Shown piece after piece: positions 46,006 through 55,353 of a DNA stretch of 64,000 bases. Every line of letters starts with the position of its first letter. Position 1 is the stretch's first letter. The stretch is taken from IMG/VR virus record IMGVR_UViG_3300049460_000150, positions 1 through 64,000 of that record. The stretch is one strand, 5' to 3'. This stretch comes from a virus. The notes beneath the pieces are model-generated. The model saw only the letters and a list, made by a program, of their open reading frames with translations, did not search any database and was not told the DNA's origin. The translations under genes were made by a program, and so were the position numbers.

Positions 46006-46515
46006 ATGGGCGAAGAAAGCGACCGGATGATCCAGCGGATTCTGGATGAAGACCCTCGCTTTGGTGGTAAGTCAAAAGCCGAGAAGAAACAGGCTCGCGC
46101 CGAATGGCTACTTCGGAGGAAGGAAGCCGCGATGAAAGCCCAACTTCCCATTGTCTCGGTCCTGACCAAAGGAGAACCGATCACGACCGAGAAGCTTTCG
46201 GCGCAACACCTCTCATGGCAGGACCCGCCGCGCACGTTGGAGAACATGCCTGACGCTTTGAAGGCCGAACTGGCAGCGGAAAAACATGAGCATCGGCGGG
46301 CCATCAAAATCCTGCAATGGCTGCAAGACATCACGCAGACAGAAGCCATCAATCAATACAACGCCTACAACCGCAAGCGGCGCGGGGAGGAAGCGGAGGC
46401 GGAACGTCACCGCGAATGCCGCGAAAAGATAGAGCAACTTATGGCCGCTGAAACGCTGGAGGATTTGAAGCCTCTCCTTTCTGAAATCATCATCTTACTT
46501 TGGAGTCCAAAATGA
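46006..46515 (+). CDS. Hypothetical protein
   Basis: GGAGTGACAAATG start. Confidence 0.65.
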   Translation: MGEESDRMIQRILDEDPRFGGKSKAEKKQARAEWLLRRKEAAMKAQLPIVSVLTKGEPITTEKLSAQHLSWQDPPRTLENMPDALKAELAAEKHEHRRAIKILQWLQDITQTEAINQYNAYNRKRRGEEAEAERHRECREKIEQLMAAETLEDLKPLLSEIIILLWSPK

Positions 46516-47480
46516 CCCGCACTACTACCCGCACCACCACGACCGCATCCGTCCCAGCCATCGCTTTGGAAAAAAGTGCCATGCGCGGCCTGGACATCAC
46601 GCTTACCTTGAACCACGTCACGCAGCAGGACGAAAGCGATATGTTCTTCAAGGTCGAAGGCGACCACATCATCGTCGCCTATCTGGTCCAGGACGAGGAC
46701 TGCGAGGACCCCATGGGCAACCATGCCAACGGCGCGATTTTCACGTCGCATCGCCATGCCACTTCCGAGAACCATGTGGGCTTCCAAAACGCGCTGGGTT
46801 TGAACTCCGACTGGCAACCAGATTTTGAGCTGGTGGACGAGGGAAAAGTCTATGCATTGGTGCGCGCCGACATCGAAAGCTGGGCGACCAAAGACATTGG
46901 CAAGTTCTCGGACCTGCTGGACGCCGTGGTCGAAGATCACGAGGAAGGTAAGCCTGACACTGACCAACTGGCTTGGGTTTTCGACCGCCTGGATGACCTG
47001 GATGGTATCGAATCTTCCAGCTACGATTTCGACATGGACGCCTACCGTATGGCGGCATGGTCCGAGGGTCGCTTAAACGGGACCATTGGTAACAAGTACG
47101 CCGTGTCCCTCGACGTGTACGAACACGGAGGCATTTCCTACAGCTTGTCGGGCCAGGGCACGCAGTGCCAATTCGACACGGCACGCGGAGGCGCGATCTG
47201 GGTGCCTGATGAGTCTTGCGTGGAGAACTTCGAGGACAAGAATCTGACCTACGAAGAGAACATGAAGAAGGCGCGTGAATACGCTAAAACCATCGTGGAA
47301 GAGTACACCCGCTGGTGCAACGGTGAATGCTACGGCGCGGTCGTGGAGCGTCACACACTCGAAGGTGAGTTTGTGGAAGAACTCGATTCGTGCTGGGGCT
47401 ACATCGGCGCTGATTACGCCAAAGAGCAGTGCAAAGAACAGTTCGACAACCAAGGAGAAGAAGATGCAACTCAAGGCTAG
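46512..47480 (+). CDS. Highly acidic hypothetical protein
   Basis: GGAG RBS; YEHGG and DSCWGYIG motifs; Asp/Glu-rich. Confidence 0.75.
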   Translation: MTRTTTRTTTTASVPAIALEKSAMRGLDITLTLNHVTQQDESDMFFKVEGDHIIVAYLVQDEDCEDPMGNHANGAIFTSHRHATSENHVGFQNALGLNSDWQPDFELVDEGKVYALVRADIESWATKDIGKFSDLLDAVVEDHEEGKPDTDQLAWVFDRLDDLDGIESSSYDFDMDAYRMAAWSEGRLNGTIGNKYAVSLDVYEHGGISYSLSGQGTQCQFDTARGGAIWVPDESCVENFEDKNLTYEENMKKAREYAKTIVEEYTRWCNGECYGAVVERHTLEGEFVEELDSCWGYIGADYAKEQCKEQFDNQGEEDATQG

Positions 47481-47838
47481 TATCACCCGCGAGCTGTCGG
47501 TGGATTTTATCGACGGCATTTTCGTTACCGCTTTCGAGGGCGGAATCAACTACTGGTGCGACCATGCAGTCTCGCAGTACGAGGGGGAGCATGTTGTCAG
47601 CACTAAGCTCCACTATAAAGAGGACGAAGACGAGCCAAAAACGACGGAGGTTTCCGTTGATACCGCTGCCGTCGTTGACGCCCTCACCAAGATCATCGAA
47701 GGCATCTACCAGTGCCGCGTTGATTTGCGCGAGGCAATTACTCGTGCAGTGTTCGACCTGGACGCCGGAAACATCGACGCAGATTGCGCCGATGTTGTTG
47801 TCCAGTATGCAGCGTTTAAAGAACTTGTCTACGGCTGA
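47464..47838 (+). CDS. Acidic hypothetical protein
   Basis: AAGGAG RBS; EGGINYW and IDADCADVVVQYAAFKELVYG motifs. Confidence 0.7.
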   Translation: MQLKASITRELSVDFIDGIFVTAFEGGINYWCDHAVSQYEGEHVVSTKLHYKEDEDEPKTTEVSVDTAAVVDALTKIIEGIYQCRVDLREAITRAVFDLDAGNIDADCADVVVQYAAFKELVYG

Positions 47839-47888
47839 CAAATTCGGAGTATAATCACAACCTTTCCATCCATCTACTGAGGAAAATC

Positions 47889-48110
47889 ATGAACACCAAT
47901 CTCACCAAAGTTGTATCCAGTCAAATCGCCGCTGTCGGCCACGCCAACAACATCCTGACCGTCCAGTTTAACAACGGTGCCACCTACGAATACGCGAACG
48001 TCGATGATGGCCTGTATGCCAAGCTGATGGAAGCGGAATCGATCGGTTCCTACTTCAGCCGTGAAATCAAGGCCAAGCAGACCGTATTCCCGTTCACCAA
48101 AGTCGCCTAA
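47889..48110 (+). CDS. KTSC domain protein
   Basis: VVSSQIAAVG...LTVQFNNGATYEYANV...AESIGSYF is the KTSC pattern. Confidence 0.85.
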   Translation: MNTNLTKVVSSQIAAVGHANNILTVQFNNGATYEYANVDDGLYAKLMEAESIGSYFSREIKAKQTVFPFTKVA

Positions 48111-48126
48111 ATCTCAACCCAATAAG

Positions 48127-48148
48127 GGGGCCACTTCCGGCCCCTTTT
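48127..48148 (+). terminator. Possible terminator
   Basis: GGGGCC-ACTTCC-GGCCCC-TTTT. Confidence 0.5.
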
Positions 48149-48164
48149 CCACAAGGAGTTTTTG

Positions 48165-48668
48165 ATGCAAATCTTGACCAATCCTTCGGCGCAAGTCGCC
48201 ATGATGAACACGGTGTTCGGCAACCCTGCTGGCGTCATCAGCGCGCCCGACTGGACCGCCATCGACCGCCAGATGAACATTATCGAGAGCGAATTCCATG
48301 AACTGAAACTGGCGGTGGCCGCTCGCCGAATCCACGGCGTTGGCGGCATCCGCGACGGCATCGCAGATTTGAACGTGACCAACCTGGGCATGGCCCACGT
48401 CCTGGGCGTCGATTCCGATGCTGACATGCTGGAAGTTTTCAAGTCCAATATGTCCAAGCTCATCACCAACGAAGACGAGCTGGCCGCGTCCATCGACAAG
48501 TACGGCCAATGGGGCGTCGAAGTCTACGCCGAAGGCGAGTACCCGCGCATGTGCATCAAATCGGTCAAGGACCAGACCGGCAGCAACGGCGAGTTCTACA
48601 AGAAGGGCAAGTTCCTGAAAGGCATCAACTTCAAGGAACCAAAACTGGAGGCGGATCATGTCGAATAA
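48165..48668 (+). CDS. MazG/PRA-PH-like NTP pyrophosphohydrolase
   Basis: IESEFHEL...DGIADL...SNMSKL...GKFLKG, an all-alpha NTP-PPase pattern. Confidence 0.75.
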   Translation: MQILTNPSAQVAMMNTVFGNPAGVISAPDWTAIDRQMNIIESEFHELKLAVAARRIHGVGGIRDGIADLNVTNLGMAHVLGVDSDADMLEVFKSNMSKLITNEDELAASIDKYGQWGVEVYAEGEYPRMCIKSVKDQTGSNGEFYKKGKFLKGINFKEPKLEADHVE

Positions 48669-48888
48669 AGGCTTTGTTCCGACCAGGGTTGAGAAGGGTG
48701 CCTTCTTGGTGGCGCTTGGCACCGTCATGGCTCGGCAAGACCTCCTGGCCGATGCCGCGTTGGATGGCAACTCTGACGACGACCTCGTGGACATCATGAT
48801 GGAGAACGGCCTGGACGCCACTGTGGCCGGTCGCTTCCTGTCGATGGACCATGGTGCCTTGACGGAGGCGATTGATGGTTCGTTCTAG
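48658..48888 (+). CDS. Hypothetical protein
   Basis: GGAGG RBS. Confidence 0.6.
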   Translation: MSNKGFVPTRVEKGAFLVALGTVMARQDLLADAALDGNSDDDLVDIMMENGLDATVAGRFLSMDHGALTEAIDGSF

Positions 48889-49474
48889 CAAAATTTACAT
48901 CGGCCTTGGGGGCCGCGCAGGGCATGGGAAAACCACCCTGGCCCGCGACCTCCAAAACTACTTCCGTTGCGCTGGCATGACTTGCGACATAACCTCGTTC
49001 GCCACCATCCCTAAAAAGATGCTGGCAACGATGGGCCTTAGCAACGACGAGTTGTACGGTGCGGATAAGGAAAAACCCAGCGCGCTTATCTCCGGCCACA
49101 CGCCGCGATTTGCGATGCAAAGTCTGGCGACGGAATGGGGCCGTCACATGCTCTACGATGAAATCTGGGTTGATGCGTGGCAGCGTGACGCACAAGCCCG
49201 CCGGGTGGATGTTGTGATTGTGGACGACATCCGCCACGGTCCAGAGATTGACAGGTTGCAGGAGATGGGCGCGAAAATTTACGAGGTCTACCGACCTTCG
49301 AAAATGCCTCAAAGCGCGTGGGGATGGTGCAAGCATTATTGGCATCAGCTTTCCGCGCATTCTTCCGAGCGTTTGAACTTCAGAAAGCACGGTATCCAGC
49401 GCATAATCGTCTGCGAGGGCGAGTCGGACAAGACCCTCTACGAAGCACTGGAAATTATTTTCGAAGTGCAATAA
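48875..49474 (+). CDS. Deoxynucleoside monophosphate kinase
   Basis: GRAGHGKTT P-loop, SFA.., TPRFAMQSLATEWGR, DDIRH. Confidence 0.82.
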   Translation: MVRSSKIYIGLGGRAGHGKTTLARDLQNYFRCAGMTCDITSFATIPKKMLATMGLSNDELYGADKEKPSALISGHTPRFAMQSLATEWGRHMLYDEIWVDAWQRDAQARRVDVVIVDDIRHGPEIDRLQEMGAKIYEVYRPSKMPQSAWGWCKHYWHQLSAHSSERLNFRKHGIQRIIVCEGESDKTLYEALEIIFEVQ

Positions 49475-49537
49475 AATAGCGGTCCTGGGAGGGCTACCCC
49501 GCCCTCCCTCGTGACCAAGTGCTAAGGCATATCCTCT

Positions 49538-49924
49538 ATGGATAATACGCAACGCGATTTTCTAATTGCCGTTCAATTCATGGACGGCACGCCCGTCCCG
49601 AAATTAGCACAAGACCACAGCCTTTCTGTACCCGCGATTAACCGCATCCTAGCAGCACAAAATGTCGATAGGTCACAGCGTCGAAGAGTCATCATAGAAG
49701 ACAAGGTAGTTGATGACCACCACGACAAGATAGGAAAGCGGCTTTATCACTACCGCGCATTCGTCGCGTACGAAGAAAGGCTTGCGGCCTCCAAGACACT
49801 GGGCTGGTCAGCGAAAAAACTGGCGATGATTGAGCAGGGGCATACTGTCTTGTCTCTAATCGATTTGAGGACCATCGCCAGCTATATGAAACAGTCCCTT
49901 AGCCAATTACTCGAAGACCTATGA
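49538..49924 (+). CDS. HTH DNA-binding protein (two HTH-like segments, C-terminal XRE-like)
   Basis: LAQDHSLSVPAINRIL and ASKTLGWSAKKLAMIEQG. Confidence 0.6.
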   Translation: MDNTQRDFLIAVQFMDGTPVPKLAQDHSLSVPAINRILAAQNVDRSQRRRVIIEDKVVDDHHDKIGKRLYHYRAFVAYEERLAASKTLGWSAKKLAMIEQGHTVLSLIDLRTIASYMKQSLSQLLEDL

Positions 49925-50088
49925 TTATTAACCGACTTCAACAGCACTGGACCATGTGCCGCTTGATTAATAGCGAGTTTGCTTCGCAAAGACAGAACGC
50001 CAAGTTATACTTCCAGGCACAAGCCGGTCTTGCCCGCACCGCCTTAGCGCGCAAAGCCGTGACCTACGCACAAAGAAGGATTGCATAA
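49921..50088 (+). CDS. 55-aa hypothetical protein
   Basis: Below the track cutoff; ATGA overlap upstream and TAATG overlap downstream fill the gap exactly. Confidence 0.55.
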   Translation: MIINRLQQHWTMCRLINSEFASQRQNAKLYFQAQAGLARTALARKAVTYAQRRIA

Positions 50089-50780
50089 TGAGCGATGAAC
50101 TGATCCCAGTCACCCACTATGGTCTGCACACTACGCCGGACGGCGTGGCCTATTTGCACCAGGGGCGTAAGGCGAGCAACTTCATTTCCATGAGGCAGCT
50201 TTCGCCGTACGAGGTCACGACCAAGCGCAAGCGCCTGTGTCCGCACCTGATTAACCCCGCCTCCACGGTGCCAGACCGCGCCCACTGGGAGCTGTTCTTG
50301 CGCTTGTTTGACGACCCGCTGGTGCAGGCACTCATGCCCATCCCAAAGGACCGCAACAGTCTGGTCCCTTACATCAACGACCCGAACGGGGAATTGATGA
50401 TGGATTTGGTCATGCTTTCCCGCATGGGAAGCCCAGTGTTTCCTGTCGTGATGCCGATCAACAAATTGCCGAAGGCAACCATCCTGGAAGAACTGTCGTT
50501 GACCAACGTACTCCCGCTGGTCTTGACCGGCGTGGAAACTGCCGATCAAAGACTGGTCAATGAGCTGGCCGTGGAGTCCCGCACTCTGCCGCGCAAACTT
50601 GTGTTTGCCGGTAACGAGTTTGTGGTGATCCGCAACCCGCTGATCCGCATCGCCACGGAGCTGTGGCATTTCGACCGGGTGGAGCTGCAAAGCTTGAACA
50701 TGGAAACCATCGGTGCCGCCATCATCCGGCGCTACGCTCGCGGTGAGCGCATCGATACAGAATTTGTGCGTGACAAATGA
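50088..50780 (+). CDS. Hypothetical protein
   Basis: AAGGA RBS; 230 aa. Confidence 0.7.
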   Translation: MSDELIPVTHYGLHTTPDGVAYLHQGRKASNFISMRQLSPYEVTTKRKRLCPHLINPASTVPDRAHWELFLRLFDDPLVQALMPIPKDRNSLVPYINDPNGELMMDLVMLSRMGSPVFPVVMPINKLPKATILEELSLTNVLPLVLTGVETADQRLVNELAVESRTLPRKLVFAGNEFVVIRNPLIRIATELWHFDRVELQSLNMETIGAAIIRRYARGERIDTEFVRDK

Positions 50781-50799
50781 TTCCCATAAATGAGAGGAA

Positions 50800-51105
50800 A
50801 TGATGAAGACAATTGAGATGAAAATGTTGCAGGACGCGAAGGCCAGCAACGGTGGCGGCGTGCGTGATCGCAAGTACGGCCTGGACGTGGTGAATACTTT
50901 GCTGCGCAAAGGATACATCGCGGCCAAGAAAGGCCACGGCTTTAACCTGGACGGCTCGCGCCTGATGGTTATCACGGCGGCGGGCCGTGAGTTCCTGGAC
51001 CGCGAACGCAACGTACCTGAGCTGATCGAGGAAGAGGGCCAGCGGGTTGGCTTTGCCGCCTCGACCATCCACCTGGACGGCGGCGAAGCCCCACCCTGGG
51101 AGTAA
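50800..51105 (+). CDS. Hypothetical protein (winged-helix-like)
   Basis: LLRKGYI...ITAAGREFL. Confidence 0.55.
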   Translation: MMKTIEMKMLQDAKASNGGGVRDRKYGLDVVNTLLRKGYIAAKKGHGFNLDGSRLMVITAAGREFLDRERNVPELIEEEGQRVGFAASTIHLDGGEAPPWE

Positions 51106-51109
51106 AACC

Positions 51110-51379
51110 ATGACACTTCGATGGTTTGACGTTCACTCCCCAGTTTCACGGTATGGCGTAGGAAAAATCGAAGTGTCAGACGACACAATAACCAAGACCA
51201 GCCCAGCTTATCGCTGGGCTTTGTCTAGGCACTTCGAAACTACGCGCCGCGTCTGGGAACGTGACGGCTTCGAACTGGTGGAGCGTTTCGAGTGCAACTG
51301 CAAGGGCTTTAACAAGCCCGCTCGCAAGCATCCTCCCATCCCAAACGATTCAGAACTTTATCATAGGATATCTCCATGA
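51110..51379 (+). CDS. Hypothetical protein
   Basis: GGGAG RBS before ATG 51110. Confidence 0.55.
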   Translation: MTLRWFDVHSPVSRYGVGKIEVSDDTITKTSPAYRWALSRHFETTRRVWERDGFELVERFECNCKGFNKPARKHPPIPNDSELYHRISP

Positions 51380-52800
51380 CATGGACCGCCCGCGAGGACC
51401 AAGTGCAAGACCTCGCACACTTCATCAACAATCCGCGTGACTTGATGCTGCATGATCCAGGCGTCGGCAAGACCATTGTTGCGGCCTTGTATTCGTACTA
51501 CGCCTGGGCGCACAAGAAGTCCCGTATTAGCTGGGTTCAACCCATCTCGCTCGTTAACAAGAACCGCGAAGAGATTTTGAAGTTTACGAACTTTGACGAA
51601 AAAGATGTGGTCTGCGTGCAAGGCACTGTCGTCAAGCGCGAGAATATAATGAAGTCAGACGCCAAGGTCTTTTTGTTCGGTGGTGATGGCTACGCCGCCG
51701 AGTGGGAAAAGCTACACAGCTTTCACCCGGACCTCGGCGTCAATATCTGCGATGAGCCGCACCTGTATTTCAGCGGCCATAAGTCGAAGCGCACCCAGTC
51801 CTGGTATCGCTCCAGTCGTACCATGTGGTCTGTCATCCCCATGACTGGCACAATCGTGAAGGGTAAACTTGACTCGATCTACCCTTTCCTTCATGCGTCG
51901 TTCCCAGACTATTACGGGACCTATGAGAACTTCATGGCGATGCACGCCGAAACAGACGAGTATGGCAAGCTGATCTACTGGAAGAACCACGACCGGCTGC
52001 GCACGATCTTGGAGCGGCATAGCATCTGCCGTTCCTTCGAGTCGATCTACGGCGAAGACGCCACGCTCATTATCACCGAGACCGTGGAGATGGAGAAGGT
52101 GCAGCGCGAGAAGTACGAGGAACTGGAGGCTTTCGCGCTGGTGGAGCTGGAGGATTCCTTCATCGAAGCTGGCACTCCAGGCATCAAGGCTATTCGCGCC
52201 AGACAGATCATGTCCTGCCCCGAACACCTGGGCGTGGTTCCAATCGGCACCGTCACCGGCAAAGATGAACGCCTGCTGTTGCATATTCAGGAGGCCATCG
52301 CGTCGAACGAACGGCTCACGATTTTCGCCGCACTGGTGCCGGAGCAAGAGCGCATCGTTGCCATGCTCAAGAAGCTGGGCAAGACGGTGGGGCTTATTAA
52401 CGGGAACACGCCGTTGAAACATCGCCAGACCTTCGATGAAGAGTTCCGCGCTGGCCGTCTGCAATTCGTGGTGGGTTCTCCCGCGTGCATGTCGGTGGGC
52501 TTTAACTGGGGCTTTCTGCGCAAGGTCGTGTTCACATCGCTTGACTACATGGACGACAACTTTGTCCAGGCGTACAAGCGAGGCGTGCGCGGCGTGCGCG
52601 AACACCCGCTGCTGGTCTACGTCCTTGAGTATAAAAACTCGATTGACCAGCGCATTTTCAGGATCGTGGAAGGCAAGTCGAAAGACGCGCAAAAGATCAC
52701 TCCGCACAAGCGGATACTCAACTTCAAAGGCCACGCCATCCGTGACCTGGAAGAGAAGGCCCGAATGGGCAACTTAACTATGGAAGGATTTATATCGTGA
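51376..52800 (+). CDS. SF2 (SNF2-like) DNA helicase
   Basis: DPGVGKT, DEPH, MTGT, VGFN and QAYKRGVR helicase motifs. Confidence 0.88.
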   Translation: MTWTAREDQVQDLAHFINNPRDLMLHDPGVGKTIVAALYSYYAWAHKKSRISWVQPISLVNKNREEILKFTNFDEKDVVCVQGTVVKRENIMKSDAKVFLFGGDGYAAEWEKLHSFHPDLGVNICDEPHLYFSGHKSKRTQSWYRSSRTMWSVIPMTGTIVKGKLDSIYPFLHASFPDYYGTYENFMAMHAETDEYGKLIYWKNHDRLRTILERHSICRSFESIYGEDATLIITETVEMEKVQREKYEELEAFALVELEDSFIEAGTPGIKAIRARQIMSCPEHLGVVPIGTVTGKDERLLLHIQEAIASNERLTIFAALVPEQERIVAMLKKLGKTVGLINGNTPLKHRQTFDEEFRAGRLQFVVGSPACMSVGFNWGFLRKVVFTSLDYMDDNFVQAYKRGVRGVREHPLLVYVLEYKNSIDQRIFRIVEGKSKDAQKITPHKRILNFKGHAIRDLEEKARMGNLTMEGFIS

Positions 52801-52994
52801 AAGTAATCACCACACCCGATCATGTAGCCCTGGACCGCGAGCAGATATCGAAGATCATCAGGGAATCGGTGGGGAAAGCCACCGGGCGCGTGCCGAAGGT
52901 ATGCTCGATCAACTGGGACGACGGCTCGGCCACGGTGACGCTGGAGCCTGTGCCGACTCCGACCACAATACCAAACAGGCCCGACCCTGATTGA
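52797..52994 (+). CDS. Hypothetical protein
   Basis: GTGA overlap; AAGGA RBS. Confidence 0.5.
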   Translation: MKVITTPDHVALDREQISKIIRESVGKATGRVPKVCSINWDDGSATVTLEPVPTPTTIPNRPDPD

Positions 52995-53019
52995 CAGTCC
53001 GGCAGCGCGCCTATATAGT
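52991..53019 (+). promoter_or_regulatory. Sigma70-like promoter
   Basis: TTGACA-N17-TATAGT. Confidence 0.7.
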
Positions 53020-53052
53020 GGGTGTGTTGTCCCTATAAACCTGAAGGAGAAG

Positions 53053-53379
53053 TTGATGAATAAGTCCTCGTTTGTTCGCCTTGCTTTCGCACTGCTGTGC
53101 GGCCTGTCCCTCGGCGCTCCCGCCGTCGCGGTCGAAACCGCACCCGGTCCCACCTACCAAGCCCAGTCGGTCGTGGTCAAGCGCGATGTCGCCCAGGTGG
53201 TCGAGGCCGCTGCACAGGCTCCGGTCAAGGCCCAGCTCGCGGCCATGGCGGTGCGCTGGGACCTGATGAAGCCTTACCCCGTCCGCTACGCCGTGGCCCG
53301 CCAGCGCCCCGCCAGCGCGGTCAGCGAGCCGAAAAGCCACAGCGCGGAACAGCCGCGAGCGCCGCCGAAGTTGACCTAG
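53053..53379 (+). CDS. Exported protein with Sec-type signal peptide
   Basis: NKSSFVRLAFALLCGLSLGAPAVA signal peptide; AAGGAG RBS; own promoter and terminator. Confidence 0.65.
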   Translation: MMNKSSFVRLAFALLCGLSLGAPAVAVETAPGPTYQAQSVVVKRDVAQVVEAAAQAPVKAQLAAMAVRWDLMKPYPVRYAVARQRPASAVSEPKSHSAEQPRAPPKLT

Positions 53380-53399
53380 ACCATTCAGCATGTTATAAA
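53371..53399 (+). promoter_or_regulatory. Sigma70-like promoter
   Basis: TTGACC-N17-TATAAA with an extended -10 TG. Confidence 0.55.
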
Positions 53400-53400
53400 T

Positions 53401-53426
53401 AAAGCCCCGATCTTCGGGGCTTTTTT
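53401..53426 (+). terminator. Intrinsic terminator
   Basis: AAAGCCCCGA-TCT-TCGGGGCTTTTTT. Confidence 0.8.
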
Positions 53427-53441
53427 ATTGGAGAAAATAAA

Positions 53442-54047
53442 ATGAAAATGTCCGCAATCTATGACGGCCTTTTGAACGGCTCTCTTGTCCCTCGCTATCA
53501 TTCTGGCGTCGGCATGATCCAGATGTATCTGAATGAGCAGTACCGCATCCACGTCTGGCACCCAGAACTACGCGCCAAGACGGAAGCGTTTGGCAACCGT
53601 CATTCGCACCGTTTCGACCTGACCTCAACGGTCCTGCTTGGCAACGTGTTCGATACCGCGCTGCGCCTGGAGCCTAACTTCTTCAACGGCAGGTTCGAAA
53701 CCTTTGACGTTGTTCCAGCACACAAGGGTGTGATAACCAGACCGACTCCGAACGACGCCATGTTCGATCTGATCGTTACTGGCATTCGCCACTACCGCAC
53801 CGGGGAAACTTACGCGATAAAGAAGTTTGATTATCACGAGACAAAGACCGAAGGTTTGACCGTCACGTTGCTGCGCAAAGACAACCAGGAAGAGACTCAT
53901 GCCAGGATCATCGGCTTCGCTGGTCAGCGCCCCATCCACGCCATGGCGAATCCGCCCGAACAAACGCTGCTGAATCAGCTCATGTTTTCCGCGCTTCGAA
54001 AGCTGTCGCCGGAAGCTGTGCAAACCATTGAACAACAAACGGAGTAA
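53442..54047 (+). CDS. Cupin-like protein
   Basis: RIHVW...HSHRFDLTSTVLLG and a later YH resemble cupin metal-binding motifs. Confidence 0.55.
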   Translation: MKMSAIYDGLLNGSLVPRYHSGVGMIQMYLNEQYRIHVWHPELRAKTEAFGNRHSHRFDLTSTVLLGNVFDTALRLEPNFFNGRFETFDVVPAHKGVITRPTPNDAMFDLIVTGIRHYRTGETYAIKKFDYHETKTEGLTVTLLRKDNQEETHARIIGFAGQRPIHAMANPPEQTLLNQLMFSALRKLSPEAVQTIEQQTE

Positions 54048-54050
54048 GCC

Positions 54051-54362
54051 ATGCATCTGCAAACCTACAAGAGCGGCCACAAGGGGGTCCATGCTCTCAA
54101 AATCGAACTCGATACCCGCCCACCTATTGTGCATCTGTGCATGGTACAAGTCGGCGATACTTTCTTGCGTGAAGGCGCGGTGTGTATGCGTGTCAAAGAC
54201 GACTGCATAAACGGGGCCGTAAAAGATGAAGTCCGCCACGAAGGAAAAATCGTCATCATCAACCTGCAAACTGGCAATGTATGGCCCGCTTCGGGCCAAG
54301 ATGAAGTCTTCATGATTGACGCGAAACTCGTCATCACCAAAGTCTACAAACAGGAGGTGTAG
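54051..54362 (+). CDS. Hypothetical protein
   Basis: GGAG RBS. Confidence 0.6.
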   Translation: MHLQTYKSGHKGVHALKIELDTRPPIVHLCMVQVGDTFLREGAVCMRVKDDCINGAVKDEVRHEGKIVIINLQTGNVWPASGQDEVFMIDAKLVITKVYKQEV

Positions 54363-54366
54363 AACC

Positions 54367-55257
54367 ATGGCGAAACAAGAATACAAAGATGTGAACTTCA
54401 AAACGGAGACGTACAAGCTCATTGTCCGCATCAACAAAATCATTGAAGACTACATGGAGCAGGGCTATACGGTGACCGTGCGGCAGTTGTACTACCGACT
54501 GGTGGCTAAAGCGGAGATCGAAAACACCGAGAAAAGCTACAAACGAATCACCGGCATTGTTAATGATGCGCGCATTGCTGGTTTGATCGATTGGGACGCC
54601 ATCGAAGACCGCACCCGTTCCTTCATCCGCCGCTCCCGCTGGGAGAACGGAAAACAAGTACTGGAGGGCTGCGCCTCCCAGTTCCACATGGATATGTGGA
54701 AAGGCCAGGAGGATCGCGTCTTCTGTCTAGTGGAAAAGGAAGCGCTGGTGGGCGTGCTGGAGCGCGTGTGCAACACATTCGATATACCGCTCCTGGCCGC
54801 TCGCGGATATCCATCGGGAACTGTGCTGCGGGAGTTTGCGCAATCTGACATCATCCCGCACGCGGAAGACGGCCAGAACATCATCATCCTGCACCTGGGA
54901 GACCATGACCCCTCCGGCCTGGACATGACCCGCGACCTCGAAGAACGTATCAAGATGTTCTCTGAACACTGGGACGGCGACGTGACGTTGAAGCGCATCG
55001 CCTTGAACATGGACCAGATTGCAGAACAAAAACCGCCGCCGAACCCGGCCAAACAGACGGACGCCCGCTTCAAGGCTTACGCTGACCAGTTCGGTGACGA
55101 ATCGTGGGAGCTGGACGCACTCTCTCCCTCGTACCTGAATGACCTCGTGAGAGATCATGTCGAACGCCACATCGACCATGAGTTGTGGCACCAGCGGCAA
55201 AATCAAATCAACGCGATCAAGTATCGCCTCAAGAAAGTAGCCGCTGAATTTGCATAA
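54367..55257 (+). CDS. wHTH-Toprim protein (Topo VI-A/Spo11/JetD-like architecture)
   Basis: TVRQLYY, VEKEA (Toprim Glu), RGYPS, GDHDPSG (DxD), WELDAL. Confidence 0.75.
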   Translation: MAKQEYKDVNFKTETYKLIVRINKIIEDYMEQGYTVTVRQLYYRLVAKAEIENTEKSYKRITGIVNDARIAGLIDWDAIEDRTRSFIRRSRWENGKQVLEGCASQFHMDMWKGQEDRVFCLVEKEALVGVLERVCNTFDIPLLAARGYPSGTVLREFAQSDIIPHAEDGQNIIILHLGDHDPSGLDMTRDLEERIKMFSEHWDGDVTLKRIALNMDQIAEQKPPPNPAKQTDARFKAYADQFGDESWELDALSPSYLNDLVRDHVERHIDHELWHQRQNQINAIKYRLKKVAAEFA

Positions 55258-55263
55258 ATGTTG

Positions 55264-55292
55264 TTGCAATAGCGATTGTGCTTCTATACAAT
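55264..55292 (+). promoter_or_regulatory. Sigma70-like promoter overlapped by inverted repeat
   Basis: TTGCAA-N17-TACAAT; AGCGATTGT/ACAATCGCT arms at 55271-55296. Confidence 0.65.
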
Positions 55293-55353
55293 CGCTTCAT
55301 CGGTTGAACATCACCGATCTAATGAACCTTAACCTGACGAAAAGAGAAATAAC

